From positions 32,001 through 96,000 of IMG/VR virus record IMGVR_UViG_3300032243_001028: 64,000 nt of DNA. One strand, written 5' to 3'. Shown in pieces: positions 48,601 through 58,900 of this stretch. The translations under genes were made by a program, and so were the position numbers. The stretch comes from a virus (Duplodnaviria > Caudoviricetes). Positions within the stretch are counted from its first letter, which is position 1; each line of letters opens with the position of its first letter. The notes under the pieces are model-generated. The model did no database searches. It saw nothing but the letters and a program-made list of their open reading frames with translations, and had not been told where the DNA came from.

Positions 48601-50988
48601 ATAAGTGTAACTGCTACCGCACCTACCGGAGCCGTTACAGCAATTCCTACTTTTTATTCTGGGACTACCCCCGCAAGCGGAAAACAAGTGTATTTTGATG
48701 GTGCTCTTTTTGAACAAGCAAGTGAGATTAAACCATATTTTGATGGGAATATTGCTAGTGCTAATGAATTTACTTATGCTTGGTCCGGTACTGCTCATAT
48801 AAGTACAAGCTTAGAAAAATATTCTAAGGTTCCAAGCTGGGCAGGAGATGTGAACTCTGTAATTGCTAGAAGTTCTGTAACAAGTTATATTGGTACATAC
48901 AGTGGTTTAGTTACTAGCACTAATAGCTCTAGTAAATTAGGTTTATTCATTATTACTGGTACTTCGGTAACTCCTGGAAAAGCTTATAGTGCATCTATTT
49001 ATGCTAAAGATTTAAATCTTGGAATGACAGTTAGAGTTGAAATTCATTGGTATAACGGAAGTTCTTATATAACTAACTCGACTAGCGCTTATACAAGTAT
49101 TTCAACCACTGATTGGACAAAGTTAAGTGTAACTGGGACAGCTCCTACAAATGCAACTCTTGGCTATATAGTTGTAAATAGTTCATCAAATGCTCCATTT
49201 GGAAAACAAATCTATGTTGACGCTGCTGTACTTGAACAAAGTTCTGTACCTACTTCTTATTTTAACGGAACAGCTGTAGCAACTAAAGCTGGAACAACTT
49301 ATGCTGCATCTTTATACGTAAAAATTCCAGTCGGGCAAGAAACTTCTTCATTTAAAATATATCTTTATTGGTATGATTTTACTGGTACTCAGATCTCGTT
49401 TACTTCCAGCGCGTTAGTAACTGTAACTAGTGACGATGGTTGGGTTCGTTTAGGTGTGGCTAGTACTGCTCCTACAAATGCTGTTATTGGAGAAGTTAGA
49501 TTAGATCAACCTACCGCTGGAACTAGTGGGAAAAAATTCTTAGTTGATGCTGTATTGCTAGAAGAATCTAGCTATTATGGTCAGTATTTTGATGATTTTA
49601 CTCAAGATCAAGAGACCACTAAAGTCAATAATGCATTGCGTCGTGTCCCGCCCCCTCACCTTACAGGTATGCAGCTCAATGCGGATATTAATATTAATGG
49701 GCTAATACTTAACACTATTGATGAAAATAACGTTGTTTGGGTCTGCACTGATATTAAAAATTGGTGGGCTCTACCTGAACCTGAAGTTCCAGATATTGGA
49801 CGTGGATTGGATGATGGTTCATACGATGTTCGTGGACGTTGGAAAGCTAGAGCCATAACTCTTGAAGGATCTATTCTTCCTCCAGATGTAGGTTCTATGG
49901 TTGCTGCAAGATCTAAACTGATCGCTGCTCTTTCTCCTCTAGTATATTCAGGTGGAATTTTAGCTGTAGATGAGGGACCTATAAAAGTTTCTAAAGTATT
50001 TATGGTTGGGCAGCCTAACATGGAAGTAAAAAATGCACGTGGACGTATAGATTTCAGTGTTCAACTTAGATCTGGAGATCCTGTTAAATATGAATGGAAC
50101 TATCAAGCTACTGATGGTTACTTTTCTGTTACGCCTTTTTCATATAAAACTTCTGGATCTATCTCAAACGTCTCCCAAGGACTTGGAATTCGTAGGTATT
50201 ACGCAACTAATACTTTTGTTGTGGGGGATTACGTAACTATTTCAGGAGTAAGTCCATCAGGATATAATACAGAATCTACTTCTCCATTAGCTATTACTGC
50301 AGTGGATCCTAATGGAGCTTGGTTCGAAGTGTCTGGAACTTCTTCCGGTGCTTACGTTTCTGAAACGAATAGTTCTGCAAAATTAGCTTACTCAAATACA
50401 AGCATAACTAACTCAGGTAATACTTCTGTTCCTACTATTATAACTATTACTGGACCTATATCTAGTGGTAGCTACATAAAAAATACAACTAATAATACTT
50501 CTATGAAATTAGTTAAACAAATGAGAGCGGCTTCATATTTTGTAAATATTGGATATGTTTCTAGGTATGGAAATGTAGCTACTCTAACTACTACAAACTC
50601 TACTGGCCATGGATTATTTGTGGGGGATGTTGTTAATATATCTATTTCTAGCGATCCTGGATCTTTTAGCGCTAGTTCTGTAACTATTACTTCAACTACT
50701 ACAAATACTTTTACTTATGATTCAGCTGGATCTGATGTATCACTTACCTCTGTTGCTGGTTCTACCACTACTTTGGTATCTGCCGATATTGCTGTAATAG
50801 ATACATATAATCAAACTGTAAAATATCGCGGTATAGCTGATGCTGGACGTTCTATTTTAGATGCAAATATAGATTGGTTGAAACTAGTTCCGGGATCTAA
50901 TAATATTCAAGTTCAAACGGGAGATAGTTCAGTATTAGCATCTGATAGCAAAGTAGTAGTCCAATACCGTTCCGGCTGGATCGGTTAG
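45664..50988 (+). CDS. Distal tail (Dit-like) protein with seven N-terminal carbohydrate-binding-like domains
   Basis: First large gene after tape measure. NL.TNPSFE and [FY].D...LE motifs of CBM4/9-like galactose-binding folds. C-terminal Dit-like core (W....W...P, R.ITLEG, F.VQL...DP.KY, N.GN...P, W..L.PG.N, YRSGW). Confidence 0.8.
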   Translation: MNRVNLVTNPSFKTDTSGWTTVGTGTSFVRSTTDGFYGSTCLEVTKPALNSTGVSWTSAATPNLVSNSSFESAPSDTVSRTNLLTNPSFEAEASTVVTARTNLVTNPGFETSSSTATIRTNRILNPRFEAAPTVTTSRINLLINSSFEATTVETTARTNLCTNPSFEHATTPISGWAAVNGASRAASTAQKNIGAQSLLVTYGAAAGATYTGVGYALTLAASTTYTFSAYVYTPSGSVFPQLSVQSSVTPAFTAVISSNATSTGAWQRLSVTFTTTAAGSYTCYVLNSAAVTGTKTFYLDNVLIEQTSILKPYFDGATSGTGTEFTYNWTSTAHLSTSEQKYFKNPTWGYIRALSGIASTAQCLYGTKSALLTADGSPGAFGMYNSGIGSARTAVTAGSTYTSSIYVRDINTAVSYYAAIEWYNSSGGSAGATSTGTVTAVNSSGWTRISVSAAAPTEAVTAVPTFYSNTAPASGTQVYFDGALFDFSAEVRPYFDGDTAAANEFTYSWSGTAHASTSLQKFNAAPSYSFDSLKGVVARSSATSPFVGTYSGLVTSLSSFGTLGTYSSNSTVTAGTTYVGSIYVKDLSLGRTIQVNIDWRGSGGYISSSSGTATAISTGSWTRISVTGVAPSGATGASLVLAVPSTAPYGSQFYIDAALLEAGSYVNTYFDGSTTATGDFTHAWTGTADASSSNQVANMVDGWSNVYNPEGLSYGFYRTNADKQNGSYSMALAMYQGTGANPINLGTPILSAITASKTYTSSIYVYTNRTQNINFVFTVTTAAGSTYPGVVTSVPGGTWTRINYTYTMPSNLVSSTVQIQPSAPKSGDYFYFDQFLLEESSILKSYFDGSTAAAGEFTYSWSGTANASTSIQQYSISSTWGSIGSLSAITSTAQYLYGAKSTLATADGSGTFGIYNSGVSSARTAVTAGKSYTSSIYVKDIDTGVSYYAGIEWKDSGGSSAGATSTGTVTAVNSSGWTRISVTATAPTGAVTAIPTFYSGTTPASGKQVYFDGALFEQASEIKPYFDGNIASANEFTYAWSGTAHISTSLEKYSKVPSWAGDVNSVIARSSVTSYIGTYSGLVTSTNSSSKLGLFIITGTSVTPGKAYSASIYAKDLNLGMTVRVEIHWYNGSSYITNSTSAYTSISTTDWTKLSVTGTAPTNATLGYIVVNSSSNAPFGKQIYVDAAVLEQSSVPTSYFNGTAVATKAGTTYAASLYVKIPVGQETSSFKIYLYWYDFTGTQISFTSSALVTVTSDDGWVRLGVASTAPTNAVIGEVRLDQPTAGTSGKKFLVDAVLLEESSYYGQYFDDFTQDQETTKVNNALRRVPPPHLTGMQLNADININGLILNTIDENNVVWVCTDIKNWWALPEPEVPDIGRGLDDGSYDVRGRWKARAITLEGSILPPDVGSMVAARSKLIAALSPLVYSGGILAVDEGPIKVSKVFMVGQPNMEVKNARGRIDFSVQLRSGDPVKYEWNYQATDGYFSVTPFSYKTSGSISNVSQGLGIRRYYATNTFVVGDYVTISGVSPSGYNTESTSPLAITAVDPNGAWFEVSGTSSGAYVSETNSSAKLAYSNTSITNSGNTSVPTIITITGPISSGSYIKNTTNNTSMKLVKQMRAASYFVNIGYVSRYGNVATLTTTNSTGHGLFVGDVVNISISSDPGSFSASSVTITSTTTNTFTYDSAGSDVSLTSVAGSTTTLVSADIAVIDTYNQTVKYRGIADAGRSILDANIDWLKLVPGSNNIQVQTGDSSVLASDSKVVVQYRSGWIG
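46981..48608 (+). repeat. Internal duplication within the Dit-like gene (35-bp identical stretch at 46981-47015 and 48574-48608)
   Basis: gcagttaattcttcaggctggacccgcataagtgt occurs twice, within two near-identical ~180-aa domain bodies. Confidence 0.85.
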
Positions 50989-51020
50989 AATAGATACAAC
51001 GACAATTACGTGAGGTCTAG

Positions 51021-54000
51021 ATGACAGAAGCATATCCAATAGGTACGTCTGCTACAGCAGCTAAGTACACCTACTACGCTGTTGATATTGTATCTAACAA
51101 AATTCTTGCTCAAATCCCTTTTGAAGACGTTATTTATGAAAGAACTTTAAAGGGTGCTGGTTCATTTGATGGCAAAATTTCTATTAACAAGCAGACTAAA
51201 GATCTTGATTTATACAACTCCACTCTCCCTGGAAAATGCGCTCTATACGTTGTTCGTAATGGCGTTTGTATGTGGGGCGGTATTATTTGGGGTAGAACCT
51301 ATGATCTTTTTGGAAGGTCTTTAAACGTCACTGCTTCGGAGTTTACTAGCTATTTAAAACATCGTATTATTTGGAAAACATATTCATATCAATTTACAGC
51401 TGTAGTAAATAAAACTTCAAAAAAACTACCAGCTAAAGTTGTTTTACAAAATACTAGTAATATAAATTTAAAAATACCTATTAAAGTTTTAGATGATTAC
51501 GGAAATTTAAATCGAGTATATGTTAGCTTTACTAGATCTGATTTAATTAAATATAATGGGTACTACCCACTGTCTCCGTCTGTCACTCCTACAACAACTG
51601 TATTTTATATAACTATTCCAGATCTTCCAGCAGAAAAATATACTGATGTAAGTATTTCTATACGAGTGGATACTTATGAATACTTAAAAGAATTAATGAA
51701 AGAAGCTGCTCAGGATTTTGTAGATAGTAAATTTGCTAATGAGGTTATCACTCCAGGAATAAGGATTCCGTATCAAATTACAAATAAATCTGCTGATGGA
51801 GGTATTGTAACTCTTACCACATCTACTACGCATGATCTGGTTCCAGGGCAAAATGTAGAAATACGAAATGTAGATGAAAATGTTGACGGCGTACGTTTAG
51901 TTTCAGAAACTCCTAGTAGTAATACTTTTAGGGTAATTGTTCCTGCTTACAATATAAAAACTCTATCTGCTAGCGCAAATACTGCAACAGTTACCGTTGA
52001 TGTAGGCGATACAAACGACATATTTAAACTTACTGTAGGTAGTAGAGTAACAATTGCTGATGCTCCAACCTTTGGTGGATATAACTATTTTAATTTTTCA
52101 AACGTTAAAATACTTAGTGTATCAAATAACAATACTTTTACCTATGAAATAGTTAATCCTAGAGGAACCATAGCTATTTCAAATGCTACATCAACTGATT
52201 CTTTAATCACATACACTGCAACAAATACTTTATCCGTTGGAGACTATGTAACCGTAAAAAATTCAAACAACTCGAGCTACAATGTGGTAAATAAAATTGT
52301 AACTTATGCAGATAGTACTAAATTTATAATAGCTAATCCTCTTAATTCAGCAATTTCTGGAAAATATTCTCCTTATACAGCCACTGCGTATGCTGGAATA
52401 AATACTATTTCTGGGGTTCCTGGAGTTGTTTCTCAGATATCTATTCCGCCAACTAACATATACACTAATAAATATGAGGTAGCTACTAGAGCTTTAAAAC
52501 CTACTAAACCATATGGAGTAGTTTCAGCTAAACGATCTTATAATTCTGATAAAAGTCTTTTTATAGTAACTCTTCAACTAGGTAAATCTAGCTCTAAAAC
52601 TTTTACTTTTCTTAAAGGAGATACTATAACTACAAGTTTGGCTGGAGATACTACTAAAGATGCTAATAAAAATCTTATGTACACTGCCTTAACTAATGGT
52701 GATGGGGGAGGAGTTGTTCTTACAGCAGTAGACAAAGTGAAAAAAACTGTTTCATATGAACTTACTGGAGTAGCTACTAAAAAAGATGACGATACTTACA
52801 TATCAGAGCAAACAACTTTTACTACATTATCTGGCACAAATACCATAAACTATGCAACTGCAACAACTGAAGTTGAAATTGGTATTTCAGAAGAAGCTCC
52901 TCTTAGAAAAGATATGTATGTTTATGTTACCGGTGTAGATGGGGTTAGTTGGAGTCAACCACTCTATAACGGTTTTCAACAGATAACTGATACCTCTGTT
53001 ATAGACTCGGAAACTGGATCTATTAGTACAAAAATTACAAAATATGCTACAGAGGCTGGAGTAGCTACTTTATACACTAGTAAAAATAATAGTTTTGTTA
53101 ATGATCAGATGGTTACTATTGCTGGATTTGCTGGATCTTTGAGTTATTTAAACGGAGTATTTAAAATAATAGATTCAATACAAGGATCTTTAGATGGAGA
53201 AAGTTATTTTACTTATTATATAGATGATAATGCTTCTATAGCTAGAACGGTTGCGGATAATGGAGTAACGGGCAGAGTTAAAGGTCAAAACGTATTTAGA
53301 TACAAACTACCAGAATATGGTCCTATAAATGAACCGGATGGTAAATATGCTGTAACTTCATATAGAATAGGTGGCTACGCTAGCGATGCAACTGATAAAA
53401 GATCAACGGTTAGAATAAAAACTCAAGAAAAAATTAAGTTTAATCCTGGAGATTCTGTAGATATAGCTATTGGAGTAGATGCAACCGATGGATCTTATAA
53501 AGTTGGATCTGTTTCTCCGTCAAGAGATTCTTTTACATATAAAATTCCAGCAAGCAAATCTTCCGTGTCTAAATCTACAGATAGTACATACAAAACTATC
53601 ACCGGTACTGTATCTAGAACTTCTGCTCAATTAGATCAACAAAGTTTAAAGTACCAACCTACAATTTCTGCTATGAGCTGCGAAAGCAATGTAGTTACAG
53701 TTAGAAGTGTTAATCATCAATTTAATGCCGATGATTCTATTAGTTTAATATTTCCATCAGCTTTTCAAGATTATGATAATAATGGATTTAAAGTTATTAT
53801 TCAATCTGCAGATAAAGATACTTTTACATATTCTTTAACTAATTTTAGAGATGGAGTTACAACTGCAGCAGATGCAGGAGTTGTTTCAATATCTAAATAT
53901 AAATTTACAAAAAATACTGCAAATAATACATCTGGAACTATAAGATATACAACAACTGACGAACACTACTACACGGTTGGATCTAAGGTTACAGTTACAA

Positions 54001-55916
54001 AAATAAATAAAAATCCTACTGGAACTGCTTTTGCACAAAGTCTTACTTGGAGTAGTGTGTATGTAATCACTGAAGTAAATGATTTAGCAGATTCAGTTAA
54101 ATATTTTGAAGTATCTGTGACAAATTTAACTAATGCAGCGGACATAACCGAGCAGACTTTAGCTTCTAATTTATACGGTAAAGCAGTTTCTACTGCAATG
54201 ATGATTTCAAAAGCTAAAGCTCTTACTAGTGGATCTGCTTCTTCGACTCAAATAACTTACACTGGAACTAACTTACCTTTTGTAGCTGATGAAACGCTTA
54301 CTGTTGTTGGATTTACTGGTACTGGATCTACTAGAATAAATAGTAAAGGTAAAATAACTTCTACAGCTGGTACTCCCACTACTTCAGTAAAAATTGACGT
54401 AGCAGGGACTGTTGTATCTCCTGCTATCACTTCTGGAAAACCTTTTGGGTATGTTAGATCATATGCTAGTGCTCTTTTGGATTACTCAGAGTCTATTACT
54501 GCACAAACTGTTTATGGCATTTCTGCTGTTGCTAGTACAAAAACTATAACTTTATATTGTCCAGACCATGGATTTGTTGATCAGGATGTAATAAAATTAG
54601 TACTTCCAAATAACTATAAAAATTATTATCCATCTGATGATAAACCAGTTACAATTTCAAAAATAGATAATTCTACTTTTAGCTATAAAGTTACTAATAC
54701 CATAAGTAACATTGCTATGTCAGAAACTATTACAGATATAGGTACTAACTCTGGAACTGTTAGATTTACAGCTAATAATAGTTTTTCTGCAGGTCAAAAA
54801 ATAACTATAAAAGGTGTGATCCCTGACGTTTATAACTTTACGTCAGCCACTGTAACTAATGCTACTGCAACATATTTTGAAATTGCTAGTACGGAAACAG
54901 CGAGTTATGAAGCATCTAATGGTGTAGCTATGCAAGCACTAAGCCCTACTGGAACAGCAGTAGAAGCTCCTTATGTAGCTATTACTCCAGTTGTACTCTC
55001 TAGAACTTACGGAGAGTTTCCAAAAAATACTAATATTGGTGGGCTTGATTTCGATGGCACTACATATAGCGGTAATTTCTATCCAAATACTATTGTTCGT
55101 GGTAGTGATATGGTAACTCTTGATGCTCATATGGAACAGTATAGTAATTCCGTAAATGGGTTTAATTATAGGATAGACTGTACTTTAAATAATTCCGGGG
55201 GGGAAAGTATGTTTAAACGTAAATTTGTTTTAGTTCCTATTACTCCTGCTACGCTTAAAGAATATTTAAATACTCAGCCAGGGGGAGTTCTTCCTGTAGG
55301 TAAAGTAGCTCCACCATATGCTTTTGGTGCAGATAAAATTACATTTGAGCATCCTGGAAATGTGGAAAATGTAAGTTTTAGTGAAAGTGCTGAAAATGCT
55401 GCCACAAGAATGTTTGTATCTGGTAATAATGGTGCAGGAGATCCAAACTCTGTAGCAAGATTCTCTGGAGCTGCCGATAATGATCTTCTTGAAGCTGGAT
55501 GGCCTATTTTAGATAGGGCAGAGAAAATTGATTGGCCTACTCAGTACAATCCTCTAGTTATAACTGTTAATAGGGATAATTGGGGTAACTATGATGCCGA
55601 GGCAGATTTTTATGCAACAGCTAAAAGATTTTTATATCAGTCTAGGCCCCCTCAAGGAGACTTTGTAATTAGAGTTAATGGCTCTTTACCGCCTGTAATT
55701 GGATCTTATAATCCCGGAGATTGGTGCCAATTAATAGTTGATGATGAAGCTGGATTTATTAATAGTAGATTAGCTAGTGTATTAGAACCTAGAAAAGACG
55801 TTATTCTTAGAAGGATTGATAACATTAAAATATCTGTTCCAAATAGCCCTGCATTCCCGGAAGAGATTGATTTAACTCTAGTGACAGACTGGGAGGTGGA
55901 CAGAATTGGCAAATAG
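51021..55916 (+). CDS. Minor tail / baseplate hub (Tal-like) protein with about a dozen inserted beta domains
   Basis: GAGG RBS. N-terminal hub motifs (Y...D......A.IP, L..AG.F.G, RNG...WGGIIW.R) and C-terminal F..PGN, GWP.LD, P.IGSY.PGD flank repeated T.TT...H....G..V.I....NG units. Confidence 0.75.
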   Translation: MTEAYPIGTSATAAKYTYYAVDIVSNKILAQIPFEDVIYERTLKGAGSFDGKISINKQTKDLDLYNSTLPGKCALYVVRNGVCMWGGIIWGRTYDLFGRSLNVTASEFTSYLKHRIIWKTYSYQFTAVVNKTSKKLPAKVVLQNTSNINLKIPIKVLDDYGNLNRVYVSFTRSDLIKYNGYYPLSPSVTPTTTVFYITIPDLPAEKYTDVSISIRVDTYEYLKELMKEAAQDFVDSKFANEVITPGIRIPYQITNKSADGGIVTLTTSTTHDLVPGQNVEIRNVDENVDGVRLVSETPSSNTFRVIVPAYNIKTLSASANTATVTVDVGDTNDIFKLTVGSRVTIADAPTFGGYNYFNFSNVKILSVSNNNTFTYEIVNPRGTIAISNATSTDSLITYTATNTLSVGDYVTVKNSNNSSYNVVNKIVTYADSTKFIIANPLNSAISGKYSPYTATAYAGINTISGVPGVVSQISIPPTNIYTNKYEVATRALKPTKPYGVVSAKRSYNSDKSLFIVTLQLGKSSSKTFTFLKGDTITTSLAGDTTKDANKNLMYTALTNGDGGGVVLTAVDKVKKTVSYELTGVATKKDDDTYISEQTTFTTLSGTNTINYATATTEVEIGISEEAPLRKDMYVYVTGVDGVSWSQPLYNGFQQITDTSVIDSETGSISTKITKYATEAGVATLYTSKNNSFVNDQMVTIAGFAGSLSYLNGVFKIIDSIQGSLDGESYFTYYIDDNASIARTVADNGVTGRVKGQNVFRYKLPEYGPINEPDGKYAVTSYRIGGYASDATDKRSTVRIKTQEKIKFNPGDSVDIAIGVDATDGSYKVGSVSPSRDSFTYKIPASKSSVSKSTDSTYKTITGTVSRTSAQLDQQSLKYQPTISAMSCESNVVTVRSVNHQFNADDSISLIFPSAFQDYDNNGFKVIIQSADKDTFTYSLTNFRDGVTTAADAGVVSISKYKFTKNTANNTSGTIRYTTTDEHYYTVGSKVTVTKINKNPTGTAFAQSLTWSSVYVITEVNDLADSVKYFEVSVTNLTNAADITEQTLASNLYGKAVSTAMMISKAKALTSGSASSTQITYTGTNLPFVADETLTVVGFTGTGSTRINSKGKITSTAGTPTTSVKIDVAGTVVSPAITSGKPFGYVRSYASALLDYSESITAQTVYGISAVASTKTITLYCPDHGFVDQDVIKLVLPNNYKNYYPSDDKPVTISKIDNSTFSYKVTNTISNIAMSETITDIGTNSGTVRFTANNSFSAGQKITIKGVIPDVYNFTSATVTNATATYFEIASTETASYEASNGVAMQALSPTGTAVEAPYVAITPVVLSRTYGEFPKNTNIGGLDFDGTTYSGNFYPNTIVRGSDMVTLDAHMEQYSNSVNGFNYRIDCTLNNSGGESMFKRKFVLVPITPATLKEYLNTQPGGVLPVGKVAPPYAFGADKITFEHPGNVENVSFSESAENAATRMFVSGNNGAGDPNSVARFSGAADNDLLEAGWPILDRAEKIDWPTQYNPLVITVNRDNWGNYDAEADFYATAKRFLYQSRPPQGDFVIRVNGSLPPVIGSYNPGDWCQLIVDDEAGFINSRLASVLEPRKDVILRRIDNIKISVPNSPAFPEEIDLTLVTDWEVDRIGK

Positions 55917-58900
55917 ACGTATACAAAGAGGTAAAGAGCTCTCTGACTATTTAAGAGCTATGAGTGAAGATGTTACTAAATTAAATAATAGAAATCACGT
56001 TACTTCTATTGCTGCAAATGCAATTGGATCTAATGAAATTGGTGAAGATATAGTTTTAGATAATAAATCTATATCTAGTTTAAATTATCTTCCGGGGGTA
56101 TCTGGTTGGAGAATTGACGGATATGGGAACTCAGAATTTGCTAACGTGTACGTTCGTGGAAATATTAATGCTTACTCCGGAACTATTGGTTATTGGAATA
56201 TTAGTCAACCTCTAGTTAAAAGAACTTTTGGAGACTATGTAATTCAAGGAACTCTTATAGAAAGTTCCAATATAGGTTTGACAGACGATAATGTAACTTC
56301 TGGAACATATGTTGGTCTTTTTAAATCATACATAGATGATCAAATTGATATTATATCTATATCCAGAGATTCTGAAATTGCTGAGGTCACTGTTGCTGAT
56401 CATAATTATTCAATTGGTGACTATGTTAAAGTTAGAGTTTATGAAGACTCTACTTTTAATACCGATTCTTCTGTAATTATTGATATAAGTGGTAATACAT
56501 ATAAGTACCACAGTGTTGGACCTGACACGGTAATTCCTGAAGTAAACGGTTTTTCAATTCTAGCCATTAGAGATATTGCTGGTCTATATCTACGTGATTA
56601 TTCAAAATCTGAATTTGATTATGGGTACTTTTCAAACACTGGTGTTGCTTATGTTTCAGCTGAAGATGTTAACTTAGTTAAAAATCCTAGTTTTGAATAT
56701 CTTACTTTATATGCTAGTAGAATTAGCAGTGACTTATCATGGACAACTAGTAGTGGGTACACTTTTGCTTTAGAACAATTTAATGATGGCACTAATCCTC
56801 AATACCAATATGACAGCTCTTATGGTGCAAGTATTACTTGGGATAGCCCTGCTCCTTCTACTTACATTTCTGGAACTTTAGACTACGCTGTAGGTTCCAC
56901 ATACAATCTTTATAGATCTGGACGAATTTTATATCTGGGAATGAACATATTTCCTAAATACAATGCCTATGCTTCTACTCCTACATCAGTGGCTAGGCAA
57001 ATTGTAACTGGAACATTTACATCAGCTTCATCAACCACTACTCAGATCACATATACCGGAACTGGATTGAACTTTGTAGTTGGCCAACGTCTAAAAGTTA
57101 CTGGATTTGGTGATTCTGCCCACAATATAACTAACGTAAAGATTACTAGTGCTAGCTCTACTACAGTTGTTGTGACTAGAAATGGTGCAGCTGTTGCAAC
57201 TTCTACCGGTACTGGATCTGCATCCGTATTGGTGTGGAAAGTTACAACGTCTACTGATCATTATTTAGATGCTTATGACACTGCACTTTTAGACTTTGAA
57301 GGTAATAAGTACGATTCTCTATACGGAGAGTATTTTGATTATGTACCTAGAATGATAAGTACTGGAGTATATGTACGAACTTATTCAGTTCTTGCATACC
57401 CAAGTAGAACTAGATCTTCTGGAAACTATACTTTTTATGTAAGTTCGGATAACTACGTAGATGAAGTAAATGGTGCTGGAAGTCCTGTGTCCATGACAAG
57501 TCTTGATCCAATTGGAACTAACCCAGATGTTGCTACCGATCCCTATGGATTTACTAGACCTGTTCAAGTTTATAAAGTAGTAAATGCTGCATATGACATT
57601 TCTCAAGTTAGATTTAGATTTGGTAATGGTTCTACTGTAGCTATTTCTGATGTTGCATCTATAGCCACTAAATCCCAGTGGAATTCCGGAATAAATAAAT
57701 ACTATATTTCTGACTCAACTTTATATGCTAATGGCTATAGAGATGCTACCCGTGGTCTACCCTACATGTATAAGTCAGACGCAATTATTATTGACTCTAA
57801 TCTACTTGATTATAGCTACTCAATACTTGATGAAACTAACCATGCTTTGGGTACAGACATATCTATAGACATTCCTGCCTGGTTCTACACTCACGATGGA
57901 GCTGGAACTGTAGTAGATTCAACAACTAAATTTGAAATGAATGCAATATCAAATGGTATTGGATTTATTTTAGATAATGTTTATTTATCTACATCGAACA
58001 AGATATTTTATGGAGATGTTCTTAGTACAAATAGATGGTACTCAGACACAGTTGAAATTCCTACTTATAATCCTTCTCAAGCTTCAATCGAAGGAACTAA
58101 AAAATGGTTAAATATAGATCTCGACACTCAAACTGCTTATTTAAATTATTTTAATTACATTGGGTTCAAACCAAGTAATTTTTCTAAAACTATGTTTTTA
58201 AATCCAAGTTTAGGAACTTCTGGAACAAATGCTCTAAAAATATTAAAACCTACTGACTACGAAACTACTGCACTATCAAGCGGTGAATACCAGTATGTGG
58301 ATAATGCTGAAAATTATCAAAATTTAAGTGCATATCTAAATTTAACTTCTGGTGATAGAGAAGCTGGATTTGAACTTGTTTCAAGTAAAAAAGAACACCT
58401 TATTACCACATCAACAGTACTATTTGAAAACTACGCTCTAATTGCTGGATACTACGATAAATATAATTTAAGATCTGTAATTCAAGCTAGCGCAGATAGG
58501 TTTGCTATTTCAGCAAATGGTCTTGAAGGTAAATTTGATCGTTTCTGGGTAGATAATTTAGGTATTGGTGGAAGTCTTAAAAATTCTTTAACTCTCACTG
58601 CTGATAGCGGTACCAATGATGGTACTGATAGATATAAATTTAATAACTATTCGAGTCAATCTTTAAACTTTGTTGGTAGTTCAACTATAACAATTACTAA
58701 AACCGCTGGAACTTGGACATTTTCGGCGTCTGGTGCCGTTAGCGGGTATATCGGTACTACTGCTGTACAAGCAAGTAGCGCAGCTCAAGGTATGACTGGA
58801 ATATCTTCTATTTCAAGTTTAAGTGCTATAACTATAACGTCTGCTGGTGGAAGTGCTACTTCTCTATATAGCGGTAGCAGTTCCTCTGTATCAGGAAATA

